Of a DNA stretch of 64,000 nucleotides, positions 48,648 to 60,824 are shown one piece after another (the first letter of the stretch is position 1; each line of letters begins with the position of its first letter). A program made the position numbers and the translations under genes. The notes below the pieces were generated by a model. The model had not been told where the DNA came from. It made no database searches and worked only from the letters and a program-made list of their open reading frames with translations. Source of the stretch: Moniliella sp. 'wahieum' (taxonomy: Eukaryota); assembly GCA_003971905.1 (NCBI GenBank), contig RSEE01000008.1:806001-870000 (forward strand), written 5' to 3'.

Positions 48648-48909
48648 GGGCGTTGGAGGTGGTTGTAGTTGCCGAACAAGCGAGGGGTGGTGCGGAGATA
48701 GGCCGTTCGGTGAAAGAAAAAGAGTGGGTGATCGGTGCAAAACTCGGGAGGGGGGCTAGGGTTTCGTTCAGTGACATTCGCCGAGAAAGTGTTGCTTGCA
48801 CACCCTACGCCACTAACTTCATCGACCATCACCAGCCCTGGCCGTGCGCACCACGCCCACATCCCCCTCGCCGAAGCCCCACCACACCACCACCACACCG
48901 ACTACGACA

Positions 48910-49604
48910 ATGGCTCAAAATCCGTACGCAACTTCTCATTCTTCCAAACTAATCCCTTCCTAACCGTCACCCTCCACTCCCATCAGTGTTCTTGCCGTGA
49001 TCCACCAGACAGACGAGCTGGCCTCGGGTGCGTTCTGCTTCCCTCACTATTCCTCGTTCTATTTTCAACTAACTCGACCGCACTAGACTTTCGCAAAACC
49101 CACACGGAAACCGCTCCCGTTATTTCTCAGCTGCGAATGGTGGGCATGGAGCATGGAGATGACGCTGCGCGGGAAGCGCCTCTACTTGGACTGCTACGGC
49201 AGGCGCTTCAAAGGATGGAACAAGACGTGGAGGGCATGTTCGCGCTTGTTTACCAAATCCAGGCCTTTGCCCTGGCTTCAGACCCTGACCCACAAACAGG
49301 TAGCTCGACGCTGGTATCCCTACGTCCACAAATCGAGCGTGCGCAAGACCATGTCTCCCAGGCGGTGGATGCGTACCAGAACGAACTCTTGGCCAAGCGG
49401 GAACTTCTCTACGAGTTTGTGGCTGAGAGTTATGTTACAGACGAATTTTGTGACCAATGGAGCCGACTGGATGAGGTATGTTCTCCCCTGTCGTAATCGC
49501 TTCCTGAGCTCGGCTAACCAGGCTCTTTTGTCCAGCTTTCGACTGGGGCCAAGTTGGATGTCGATGCATTGGCAGATCTGCTTGGTGGATTGGGGGGCAT
49601 CTGA
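48910..49604 (+). CDS. Small (~170 aa) helical/coiled-coil hypothetical protein with 3 introns
   Basis: Spliced by hand: MAQNP|VLAVIHQTDELASD|FRKTHTETAPVISQLRMVG...FCDQWSRLDE|LSTGAKLDVDALADLLGGLGGI-stop, with canonical GT..CTAAC..AG introns. Confidence 0.65.
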
Positions 49605-50769
49605 TCCGAATGAGCCACCAACCTCTCACCCCCAAATTCCGACTACCTTGGCGTGTACTATGAAGATCCGTCTTATGAGGGTGGATATCTCTGAGGGGCC
49701 CCTGCATGGGCGACACGTCCATTTCCTGTGGATACCCTTTGTTTGCTTGCGCTTCGGACCAGGCTTGTCCCAGTTTGGATCTTAGTCTATGCCTCACCGT
49801 CCCGGCCATTTACAGATAGATGTATTGGGCACTGCATAGTGACGTGTGCAGTACCACATCGAGTGGGTTTCGTTAGGACGTTCAACATGGACACAGCGTG
49901 TTTGGGTTGGGATGTCATGTAGCGAGGGGTGCAAAGGCGCTGAGGACTGGGTCTGGGCTGTAGCCCGCTCTGCGCCTCCATGGAACCGTCATGGACAGCC
50001 ACGTACAACGTGTTTCCATTCGTCTTGTAAGATGAAACTCGCTGGTGCAGCCCCTTCGCAATCCCAATTGCTCATCCTGCAGACTGCGGAAGGCCAGAAG
50101 CCTTGGTCTAGCACCTACGCATATCGTTTCCTTCCTGTGGATTATACTGCTGCTGGGGGCCGCTGGGACGAGCTGCTCGCAGTACGAGAAAAAGATCAGT
50201 CTGGAGACCCTAACGTCCTTGCCAACAGGCTCTACTCAGTCGACAGATACATATGCGATTTGGAATGAAGCCAACTGCATGGTAAAAGGCTATATATTCA
50301 GGCAAGAAGAACGTTCGAACATTCAAGTTTGCGGACATTGATGCAAGCTTGCGTACTGTTGTGCACGTTCGCGCCAGAATGAGGGCTACTAGTAGCGGCA
50401 AAAAACTCGTAACAGGACACGGAGGGGTAGGAGACGGAACCGAATCCACAAGAGAAGAAGTGACATTGAAGAATTGGGGCACTTAAGAACAGGTGGATCT
50501 TGGACAGGATCATATGGATTCATGGAGCACGTTGGAGATGCCGTTAGGACCAAAAAAAAAAGAAGAGAGCAGAGGAAAAAGGGAAAAGGGAGAAAACACT
50601 CCGGGGAATAGATGAGCAAAAGTGAGCCAGCAGGTATAAAGATACGAGTCAATTTCCCAGGAGGGGCATACAATTGGGCGTCGTAAGAAGCTGGGTCACC
50701 CCATTGACCTTGTCCCTTTAGTCATTGCAAAAAATGACTACCGGGCAAGGACAATGAGTAAGGACTTGC

Positions 50770-51789
50770 TTAGGCCGACTCGGTGGCAGGCTGCTCGGCC
50801 TCCTTAGTGGTAGCCGGAGCCGCTGCGGCCTCGCCGGACGCAGCCGCCGCAACACCGGGAGCAACGTCGGGGGAGGCAAAGATCGAAGCCTTGCTCGAGA
50901 AGAGGCCAAAGCGTTCGTAATCGACACCCGAGACGGCGTAGACGAAGTACGAGAGGCAGAGACCCTTGGACAGAAGGTCAAGAACACCGTAGTAGATGAA
51001 CTCGCCGTCGGGAGAAATTTCGTTGCTAGCATCGGCCACAGCCCAGGCGATCACATACACAATCGTCCACAAGGCAAAGCCCGAAACGACGGGAATGTAA
51101 GCCCAGAAAACGTCCTTGCCAGTCTTCTTGGCAGCCAAAAGAGCCGGGCCAAAGAGGACCCACAGGACCCACGTCAGGGCGCACACGCCGAAGACAAACC
51201 AACCCCACTTGTAGCTGCTGTGCGTAAGAGAACCAGCCAAGCCACAGACGACAGCTACAGTCTCAATGAAGACCGTCATGAAGATGGTAGACAGGGGAAC
51301 GGGCGAGACGAGAAGAATGGCAATGATAACGAAAGGCGTCGAAACAAGCCAGTCGACATAGCGCGAGATCCTGATCAATAGCGAAAAGTCAGTACCTCGT
51401 TGGCAAGGCAGTTGCAACCAAATGCACAAGGTCACTCAAGGAGTGAAAACGCACCAAATAGACCGCGTTGCCACATCGTTAATCCCGTTGCCATTGCCTT
51501 TCCAGTGACCAGAGCGGAACTCGACGGACACAGGAACCGCGCCGAGGTTGGAAGCAAGAGCGTACCAGTTGAGTGCATTGCACGCCAACGTCGCAGCGAT
51601 GAGGTAGTTAAAAGTACGGTGGCCGCGGTTCACCGCGAAGAAAGTGTAGGCCGAGAGAGCCAAAAAGATAACCGTTTGAACAGCGAAAATGGCCCAAGCA
51701 AAGTCGCTGCCGTGCGAGTTGACAGTGACGTTGGACGCAACCGGGTTGCTCGACACGGAGTCGCGTGCAGTCATCCACGGGAGTGACAT
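50770..51789 (-). CDS. Microbial rhodopsin-family (fungal opsin/CarO/Hsp30-like) 7TM protein, paralog A, 311 aa, intact
   Basis: GSDFAWAIFAV; ASNLGAVPVSVEF; TRSIW|ISRYVDWLVSTP across intron 51371-51454; SSYKWGWF; YYGVLDLLSK (helix-G DxxxK). Confidence 0.92.
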
Positions 51790-52427
51790 GTCGAATTAAT
51801 CAAGATCGAGAAAAGTACAAAATAGCAAGGGGGATAGGGCGGGAGAAGGCGAGACGATGAACGTAAAAGGCTTTGAGCGAAGCCAGGTGCGTATGACAGG
51901 TGAGGGGTGGAGGAAAATCTGACGATGCCAGCTGCGGGGGGGCATATATATACACATCTACAATAGGTCCGTGCAGCGGTCGCGCATCGCATACTATAGC
52001 GAGAGTCCATCGAAGGGGCAGATGCCTAAGAGCAACGTATGAAGACTTCAAGTTGCGCGAGGGCGCAGTTCAGCCACAGTGCTAGGCTCCCGCACAATGG
52101 CTCTGCCGCCAGGGTCCTCGCGGGCCGTTGCCCATACCCTCGATACCGAATGCCAGAGGGGCGCCCCATTGGGCTGCTGTCGACTTGAGCAACACCCTAC
52201 GTTGGTGTACGTGAGTGCAGAGCGTTGGGTACACTATAGTGAAAGACACTCCTCCCCTCCTCTCCCAGGCTTCCGTTGGCCGCCCAGCCCAACGCAAGAA
52301 GGCTTGAGCTCCAGGCTGGTCTGCGCGCGCGATCTGAGTGCTCAGGCTGAGTGCCCAGGAGAGCACCCGAGCGCATCAGCCCCACACCCTGTTCAAGCTT
52401 CAGGTGCGTGCGAGCATTAGAGAGGCT

Positions 52428-55400
52428 GAGCATATTGTTGTACTCAGGCTGAGGCGCTGAGGCGCTGAGGCGTGGAAGAGGCGCAGAGAGACCCCGAGAG
52501 ACGAAATGACCAATGATTAATGACTAGTGACTAGTGACTGCGGGGGGCTCGGCGCCTCAGCGCTGCTCAGCGCGCTCAGCTTGAGGTATACCGGCTTCCA
52601 GAGCTTCCTCTGGGGCCACTGTCGTCGATCGCAGAAGTCAAGTCAAGAGTGGGCCGGCACGCGGGCACCCCGGAGGGAGAAGGGCCCCGATCATGATGAA
52701 TATCAGCTGCATCAGCATATTTGCATCATCATGATTCCCGAATATCATCTACATTATACGCGCACACAGGATCACGCCAGTTGTGTGGTCCCTCTCGTAT
52801 ATCCGCGGATAATATATTCGCAGGTTGCGCCACAGACGGTGACGGTATTTTTTGGCTCATCGACTAGTCAGGTCATGTCAAGTGCCTATTATAGTGACCC
52901 AGTGGCAAGCCCGTGACTCTGAAGCCTAATAGAGCAGGCCTGACTTTTCGGTCTCTCGCGAGTGGCACTGGGTACGGAACAGACGCTACGCTGGGATCTG
53001 ATATCGTGAAGGCGGGGGGGGGGGTGCCAACTGCGCGGCGATGGAAAACGAAAGCCAAGCAGAGCCAAGGGTGGACCCCACATCTCAATATTCTCCGCGT
53101 TCTGCGCCCGCTCTCAAAGGCCCTATATACATCCTATCCGATCTCCACAGCGTTACCCTGACGATCATGATTAAGGAGTGATGATCGATGACTCCACTGA
53201 GAATGCCGGGAAAGAGGATAAGGCGCCGGAGCAGGGGCTTTCGGTAGCGATGAAGACTTAATACCAACAGGAAGAAATATTTTGAGCTGATCAGGGCCCT
53301 CCGCAGGACGCGCGCCGCCGATGTGGTGTTTTTCGAGTTTGAGGACGTGGGTATTTGACGCGGACGGAGTGTCATTAATCTGATGTTTGCAAGGAAAAGG
53401 GGGGATTGCGAGTGTGGGCTCCATCAGTGGTGCGGGGAGAGGGCTCAGCCTGAGCGCTTCGACAGGGGCTCACATGTCACAGAAGGCTCTATAGAGTTCA
53501 ACGTTCATGTGAACGTGTGAACGTTCAGTTGAACGCTGGACGTGTCGAGCGTTGCTGTGCGTAACATAAGATTAGCGCTTAGTACTTAGTACTTAGTGCT
53601 CAGCTGAGCGCTCAGCCCAGTAGTACTATGGCGAGTGCGCTAGTGGCTCTTGTGATCGAGATCTATTTCAAAAGCCCCGAACCATTCGGGGCATCGTGCA
53701 TCGAGTGACCGAAAGGAAGGAGGTGTGAAACTTGAGCGCCTTTCTAGCAGTGCTTTAACCCAGCCACTACCTTTGCGGGGTTAATCTTACTTTTGATGCA
53801 GCCCTCTGGCCGTCAAAAGCCAAGCCAAGACGTCACTGTGTTCTGTGGCGCACTTGGCATATCGGGAATGATCGAAATGAATGATGTACGTGATGAACGA
53901 TGGACGATGTGGCAGTCACTAGTCACTAGTCACTCGTGACTAATGATTAATGACTAGTGACTTGTGGCCTAGTGACTATTGACTGGTGACCCCAGCTGTT
54001 TAATCAATCATCAAGCTTCAGCTCAAGCTCTCAATCTGAGATCTCAAAAGGCTCAAAGCGTTCGCCCAAGGCTGAAGCTCAGCTCAGCAGCTTGAGCTTC
54101 ACAGAACTCATCAACGCGCCAGCGCCGCTCGACAACTGCGAATGTTGAACGACCGCGTGCTGAACGTCGAAGACCGGTAGACGAAAGCCGAGCGCTGAGC
54201 CGCTGTGCTTAGCCTAAGGCCCAAGCGCTCAGTGTGAGCGGCGGAGCAGCACTGCCAGTACTGAGCCGTTTTTGAACCTCAGTGCCTCAGGCCTCAGCGC
54301 CAGCAGCCTCGGCGCCTCAGCGTCTCATCTGAAGTGCTGTGAGCTTGAAGCGCTCTCTGGATCTGAGTTAGGCCTGAGGCGTGAGGAGACGAACGCAGCC
54401 AACAGCACGGGGGGTGTTACCTGCACAGGGCCCTGCCAGCGAGGTGCGGCTGCCAAACTGACGTGATATGCACGTGCGGCTGAAATCATGTCAGCGTGTC
54501 AGAGAGTAGCCCGGTGGCTGTCACCAAGACGAGCACCTTCGAGCACCTACACGTTCAACGTTACTAGAAACGTTTCAAGCTTCATATATACGTAGGCTTT
54601 TGTGCAACACTTTAAGGCGTTGGCTCTCTCGACGTTCGCGTTACTGCGCATTGCCCTCTCCAAGGATCGATGAGTGATATGGGTTTCACCTGACACACTC
54701 TGACCGGCTGACCGCTCCACCACCTCCCTAGATCCGGCAGATGCGTCAGATGACGTCTCAGATCAGAGATGTCAAAGACGTATGAAATTTTTGCCATTTC
54801 TTTTGCCATGGGCACTCACAATATCTCTCGCTCACACTCATCCAACCTCGTCTCTTTTTCAAATTATATATGGAAGAGCAACCACACAGATGATAGTTCC
54901 TGCTTTACAGCTTTGCACATCATGGCATGGGTGAACAAGAAAATCTTCTCTTGCCCCTGACGATCGTCATCCATGGTGCAGCCTCTCCAACCTTCGCGCT
55001 TCATTGAAAACATCGAGATCCACAATCTCGTCTTTTAATATGAGTCAGTTTTTTTGTGGGCGCGCTCTACGCACTCTGACAACCGGGCCGAAGAGGCTGT
55101 ATCGAGTATCGAACACCTCCATACCGCTCTCCTGAAGCCCTGAGAGGTTGAAGGTTTGCGAAGATTGGGCGTTGAACGTTGGACTTGAAGCTTGAAGCTT
55201 CAACCGGTCACATGGTCACCCGGTCACCCGGTCACCGGTCACAGTTGATCAACGCGATCATCCCAGAGGCCCGAATAGTCGATGATGGGAGGAAGAGATG
55301 CCTGACAACCTTTATGCACCGCCAGCCACGCACTGCGGCAAACAGCAGCTGTGGGTGGGTTCAGATTCAGACGCTGAGATTCAGCTCTCGCCGGCCAGAG

Positions 55401-55925
55401 ACCTCAACAGGCCTGGCCTGAGGCCTGACGGCCCCAGCATCCGTTTGGCACCCTATACGACGGACTATATCATGTGTAACACATACGTAGGAAAATTTCC
55501 TCCGAACACAAAAGCCGTTAAAATCCAAACTAATAGGGTCACTTTCCTGCAGGCGCACACACAAAAAGCGTGTGTCAGCTTTGTGGCTGCCACACCTAGA
55601 GTGCCGTGATGCACACATTCATGCCTTCACAAACAATACTGCATGCTGCTTGACCTAGTACATGAATATTGAGGATTGAATATTGAGGCACTACTTCCAT
55701 ACCCCCACAACGGATGTACAGGCCCCTTTTCTCAGCCCCTTAGGGCTAAGCCCTAGCGCTCAACAGAGCCCACACAGCAGTTGAGCGCTTAGTGCTACAA
55801 GTGTTGTTCAATGCTCAGGCGCTCAGCGCTCAGGCATCATGTTTAGTCGCTGAAGTTCAGCGCTGAGGTTCAGCGCTGGGGTTCAGCGCGCTGAGCATCA
55901 TGCATCATGCTGAGTACACTGAGTA
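52428..55925. repeat. Clusters of short tandem and palindromic micro-repeats in the opsin-opsin intergenic region
   Basis: (AGTCACT)x3 at 53914-53934; CTTAGTA/CTTAGTG x3 at 53578-53598; GGTCAC x5 at 55206-55242; GTTCAGCGCTGAG-like x3 at 55855-55895. Exact 21-mer AATGATTAATGACTAGTGACT at 52512 and 53942; 15-mer CTCGGCGCCTCAGCG at 52548 and 54308. Confidence 0.75.
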
Positions 55926-56509
55926 GTACCATGCGCGCTGCCGGTGTGTATTTTGTGCCAACGCCAGCATCAGTGAGAATCGAGACGGTCCACATGCCAC
56001 CCAGACATTGCGATGTCATCTATGATTCCACACCCCAATGCCGAGCACGGTCATAGCTGGGGTCAACAGGCGCCCGGTGCCGCTCAAGCGTTGCTGGGGT
56101 TCCGCCTTTGAGGCTGGAAGTCTGAGACTTGGCGAAGATGGTGGGGTGTGAGATCTGAGACCAAAAGAAGAGATGATGAATCAGTAAACAGTACTCAGTG
56201 AGGTCACTGGGCCCGTGAGATTGGCAAGCAGCAGCCGTCTGAGGCTCCCGTCGCTTCACTTGAAAAGCTTGAAGCCTGAACTCCCCAGGACTATATCCGA
56301 AAAAGGCCACCGTGATGGTCACACTCTTGCACGCACAGACCATCACCGAAACTTCCCTTACCACAAGCCCGCCTGCCTGTTTCTTTTAAATACCGGCATC
56401 TTGCCAAACGAAAGCCAATTGCAAGCTCTCTCGCTGATTACTCGCCCCTTTCACCGCTTCTCTTCCATCTCCCCTGTTTACATCGCCGCCAGTTTTCTCT
56501 CTTGCCGCC

Positions 56510-57456
56510 ATGTCTGCTCCTGGATCAAGTCCAGTATTCACCAACCCGGTCACCTCGAACGTGACCAACACCTTTAGGGGGTCTGATTTTTCCTGGGCCA
56601 TCTTCGCGGTAGCAACTCTTGTATTTGTCTTCACTCTCCTTTATACTTCATTTGCAACCCCCACCGGGAAACGGACCTTCAACTTTCTCGTCGCTGCTGC
56701 CCTGCTTTGCAATGCACTGAACTGGTTTGCCATTGCTTCCAATCTGGGTGCCATTCCTGTCACTGTCGAGTTCCGTTCGGGATCCTGGACTGGACGCGGT
56801 AACGGACGGAACAATGCTGCGACTCGCTCCATTTGGTGAGTTGGGATCATTCTCGTTTACTGGAACGTGTGCTTACCACGATTTTTTTACCCTTCAGGAT
56901 CTCTCGGTACATCGACTGGTTGATTTCGACGCCCTTCATATTTTGGCCATTCTCCTCGCCTCGCCTGTTCCCCTTTCTACAGTGTTCATGACTATCTTTA
57001 TTGAGACGGTTGTGGTGGCGCTCTCGCTCTTCGGTGCCTTGACGCCCAGCTCCTACAAGTGGGGCTGGTTTGTGCTTGGCATCTGTGGTTTGACGTGGGG
57101 TGTACTGGGTTCTGTATGGGCCGGGTTTGATTGCCGCCAAGAAGGCGGGCAAGGACGTGTTTTGGGGATACCTGCCCATGAGCGTTGCGTTTGGCGTGTT
57201 CGGAATTGTGTACGTGATTGCCTGGGGTGTCTCGTCGGGGGGCAACAACATTGCCCCGGACAGTGAGCAAGTATTCTATGGTATTTTGGACTTGGTCAGC
57301 AAGCACCTTTTGCTTCCCTACCACGTCTACAATCTGGCCTCGGTGGATTACGAGCGCTTTGGCCTCTTCTCGGCCAAGGCTTCCTTGTTTACCGATCCGT
57401 CCTTGGCGCCAGGCGAGCCTTCGGTCGAGGAGGGAAAGACGGCTGAACAGGCCTAA
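56510..57456 (+). CDS. Microbial rhodopsin-family 7TM protein, paralog B (two apparent indels near 56938 and 57099)
   Basis: GSDFSWAIFAV; ASNLGAIPVTVEF; TRSIW|ISRYIDWLISTP across intron 56836-56897 (same position as paralog A); SSYKWGWF; FYGILDLVSK; VDYERFGLFSAKAS. Confidence 0.9.
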
Positions 57457-58482
57457 TCCTGCCCCTTTTCTCTCCCCTCGCTATGCACATCCCGTGTAGA
57501 TGCACGTGAAGTGTACATGGCTGAAACAGAGTTTCACCTGGAGGAGGCGGATTCGTGGTACCTCTTATCGCGAAGAAGTTATACCAGCTCCACTACGTCC
57601 CTATTATGGACTAGATGAGCATGTTCAAACAAGATATCGCCTTTTTTTCTCAATAATCCCCCTCGCCGACCTCATGTGTGTGTCAGGCGTTTCACGTGGT
57701 ACTTACCACGGTATATACAAGACCCCCCGGGTGTGACGCGCATTTTCGACGAGGCGCTCCCTAACCCCTTTCCTTTTTTACCCTACTCCTGTCATCCCCT
57801 TTTGTGTGATTTTGAACTCGCATGTGTGCGAGGTATATTTCGGGATGTGGTATTTGATGTGGTGGCCCCTAATATGGGCCTCTTTTATTCTCATTGATTG
57901 ATCGAATTACGAGAGTGCTACTATGTAGATATGGATGCGGAAGAGACAGCCATATTTGGTAAGAAGCCACTACGATTCTCGTTGGCTGGGAAAGCACATA
58001 TATATATAGCAGGGTAGGTTGCTGGCTTCCCGGGCAGGACCTTTTCCCTATACCCGGTGGAGGACTCATGGAGGACAGAACACGTTTTATATATCCGAAG
58101 TCGAAGGAACACTGGTGTGAACACAGGAGGGCCGTGAATTGCTTTGCCGTAGTCTCGGGAAGAGCCAGGCAGCATCCGAGAAGGAGGTTGCACGTTAGAA
58201 GCCGCGGATGTCAAAGCGGAGAGTTCCGATGGCGAGGGAGGGCGAGCGAGCTGCTATTGAAAGGGCGGTTCTTCTAGAGTGGGGGCACCTATGGAAGGAG
58301 AGAAGGGAAAGGGTGGTTAGCGGCTTGGGTCACTACAATTGATGGGATCTAAGAACAAGCAGGACTTTTATAAGAGAGGGGCAAAAAAGCAATGACCATG
58401 AGATCTACAGTGTAGAGGGGAAACGAGTCAAGGAGGAGCAGTGTGAGGGCCTATCACGAAAAGCATGAGGCGAGAAACCGAG

Positions 58483-58515
58483 TCTAAACTCCATGTGTGT
58501 AGTATGGAGTTTAGA
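58483..58515. repeat. Perfect 12-bp inverted repeat (hairpin) in non-coding DNA
   Basis: TCTAAACTCCAT (58483-58494), a 9-nt loop, then ATGGAGTTTAGA (58504-58515). Confidence 0.7.
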
Positions 58516-60824
58516 GGAGCTCGAGACTAATAAGAGACGATTGTCGTGGGTTTTATAGCCAGGCCGAGAAACTGAGTCACGATAGGGAAAGACAGAGAAT
58601 TTGAGTAGGGATAGTAGGGAAGGAAGTCGAGAAGCGAAAGCAACGAGATATTGAAGTAGAGGTGACTGTGCAAGGTTACTTAGTCGCTGCCCACCCGTGA
58701 CACTACAAACGTGGATGGAGTGTGAGCGTTTTTCGGCGAACCTGACTAAAAAGAATCAACTCCCTACGATAGCGAGCAGATAACAGGGAGCGGCAACCTC
58801 ACACAGCCCTTTGTGTGACCACATGTATTTCCCTGCACTCATTTCCATATATCCAACCGAAGGCATTCCAGAAGGCACGGCGAGGAAGCTCATCGTCAAT
58901 CTAGCGTGCTCTCCATTTGCAACTTCGTACTATAGTGTCAATGAAGATCATTATTCTGGACGAAAGAGAAAAACGAAACGAGAAGAAACTCAAGAGTACT
59001 AACCATTGTGCGCGCTATGAGGGGCGTGGAGTAGTGAGAGATAAGAGAAAGAGGGAGAGGTCAGGAAAAAAAAGTCCGCGGGTGGCAGCACACAGGAAGA
59101 GACGTCTTCTGAAAAGCATCATTTGGAAAAAAAACGCCGGGGGGGGATGCTTCATCATATCCTTTCCAGCGGGCGCATTGCGAAAGAAATGCCAAGTGTC
59201 ACAGGGTCTTGCCTCCCACTGTGAAATCCACGTTTCTAACCCCTTGTCAACAGTGGCAATGACGACCGCCTGAAAGTGTATACTTCCCCCCAAGACATAT
59301 ATCCGGAAAGGAGGGTTTTTTTAGCCACTGCAAAACCTGCAGCGATAAAAGGCTGCTGTAATGGATGAACCAAACAGGGGTGAGCACAAAGGTTCCTGGT
59401 GTCTATATGCCGAGTGCAAATGATGTAAGGGTTAAGTATGTTCACGAACAGAGATGTGGCATTCTCGTGAGCCTATTCTTCCGTTTTGGGAGGAGATGCG
59501 ACTGCCAGTTCTATTTGTACATTACGCCCACGCGCGCACCTCTTGCTGCGATCAACGGGGTGCACGTCTATTTACCAGTGCACTTTTGTTGTCCCCTTGG
59601 ACACATTAACAACCCGGCGAACGCATTCCCGACGAGAAGAATTAGCAGGTGCAACTGTAGAAGCTCAACGGGGCGGAAGAGACGGTGTGCAAAAATAATG
59701 TGGTTCAGGACAGCAATGCGTTTAACATCGCTTGGCTTTCTTCTCACCATGCCAGCAGCCAACAAGTGCCTCGGGCTCACCGGTTAGATTGGTATTCTCA
59801 GCCCTAGTAGCCTGTGCCTTTCATCGCGCAGCAAGTGCAGTTCTGCTCTGATGTCCTCGCTCGAGCACATATTGGCTGGCACCCGCATTCAGTCCAAAGT
59901 TGGTCTATTGCACGAGCCGGGTGCGGGTACCAATCCTCATGCTCGTTCCCTCTATGGTATTCCCGACATCGACGACCGCAACGAGAGCCGACTGCGGGGG
60001 AGGAGAACGAGGCGAGACGTGGGAGGATGGCGAGGCGTATGGGCTCCAAAGAGTGACGGGGCCTGGACCATTTGGAGGATGAAGAACCGAAGTGTGAACC
60101 ACACTTTGCGAGAACTCTCGCGGGCACAAAGATGCGATGTACGTACCGGCAAAAAGTGGTACACAAACTCAAAAAAGAGAGCCGCAACGCTTTTGGAATG
60201 CCGCGAGAAGGAGGCGCTTCTCGACTGTATATATTAGAACGAGCCGAATGCGACAAGAATGCCAAGTTCCAGGGACGTACTCAAGCGCCTTTGTTCCCAT
60301 ATGTTGGTCATGACGAACGCGAAAAGAGATGATTACGCCACCAAGATGGAAGAAAGCAAGGCGTTCATTGGGCACAGAGGACAAAAAATTATATAGTTTT
60401 TTTCCCTCGGAGAGATGGGCCATAACGACATGCTTACCACTGCCATTCGTGTCCAAGCGCACTACATACGATTTGGAAGCGAATGGCGGGCGCCAGAGGG
60501 TTCTGACTTCGGCTGTGGGGACTCCACGGGTTTCTAATTGGGGCTTTTTGCCTCCAGCAGCAATTCACCCTCCGTCAGAAATGAGCAGCATAGGCCACAG
60601 CAGTTCCTTTTATCCAAACGGTCAAGTTCGGTAGTAAACGATATGAATGCGACAGCAGAGATGGTTGCAACAGAGACCCTGCTCGGATCGAGGTGACACG
60701 GGGAAAGATGTAAGAGAGGAGCCACTGCCAGACAACGTTTTTTCAACATCGAGTGTGGGACTGGCGGGGCACAGGAGAGCGTGAGCTGCAAGGAGATCGC
60801 AGTGTGACACGGTGACATGTGGCC

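Noticed and set aside
52428..55925. CRISPR-like repeat-spacer array
   Set aside because: Eukaryotic context, 6-21-nt degenerate units without regular spacers, and no cas genes.
56930..57105. Opsin paralog B as a pseudogene
   Set aside because: Two single-base indels match the background error rate and the protein is otherwise conserved end to end. It cannot be called a pseudogene without polished reads.
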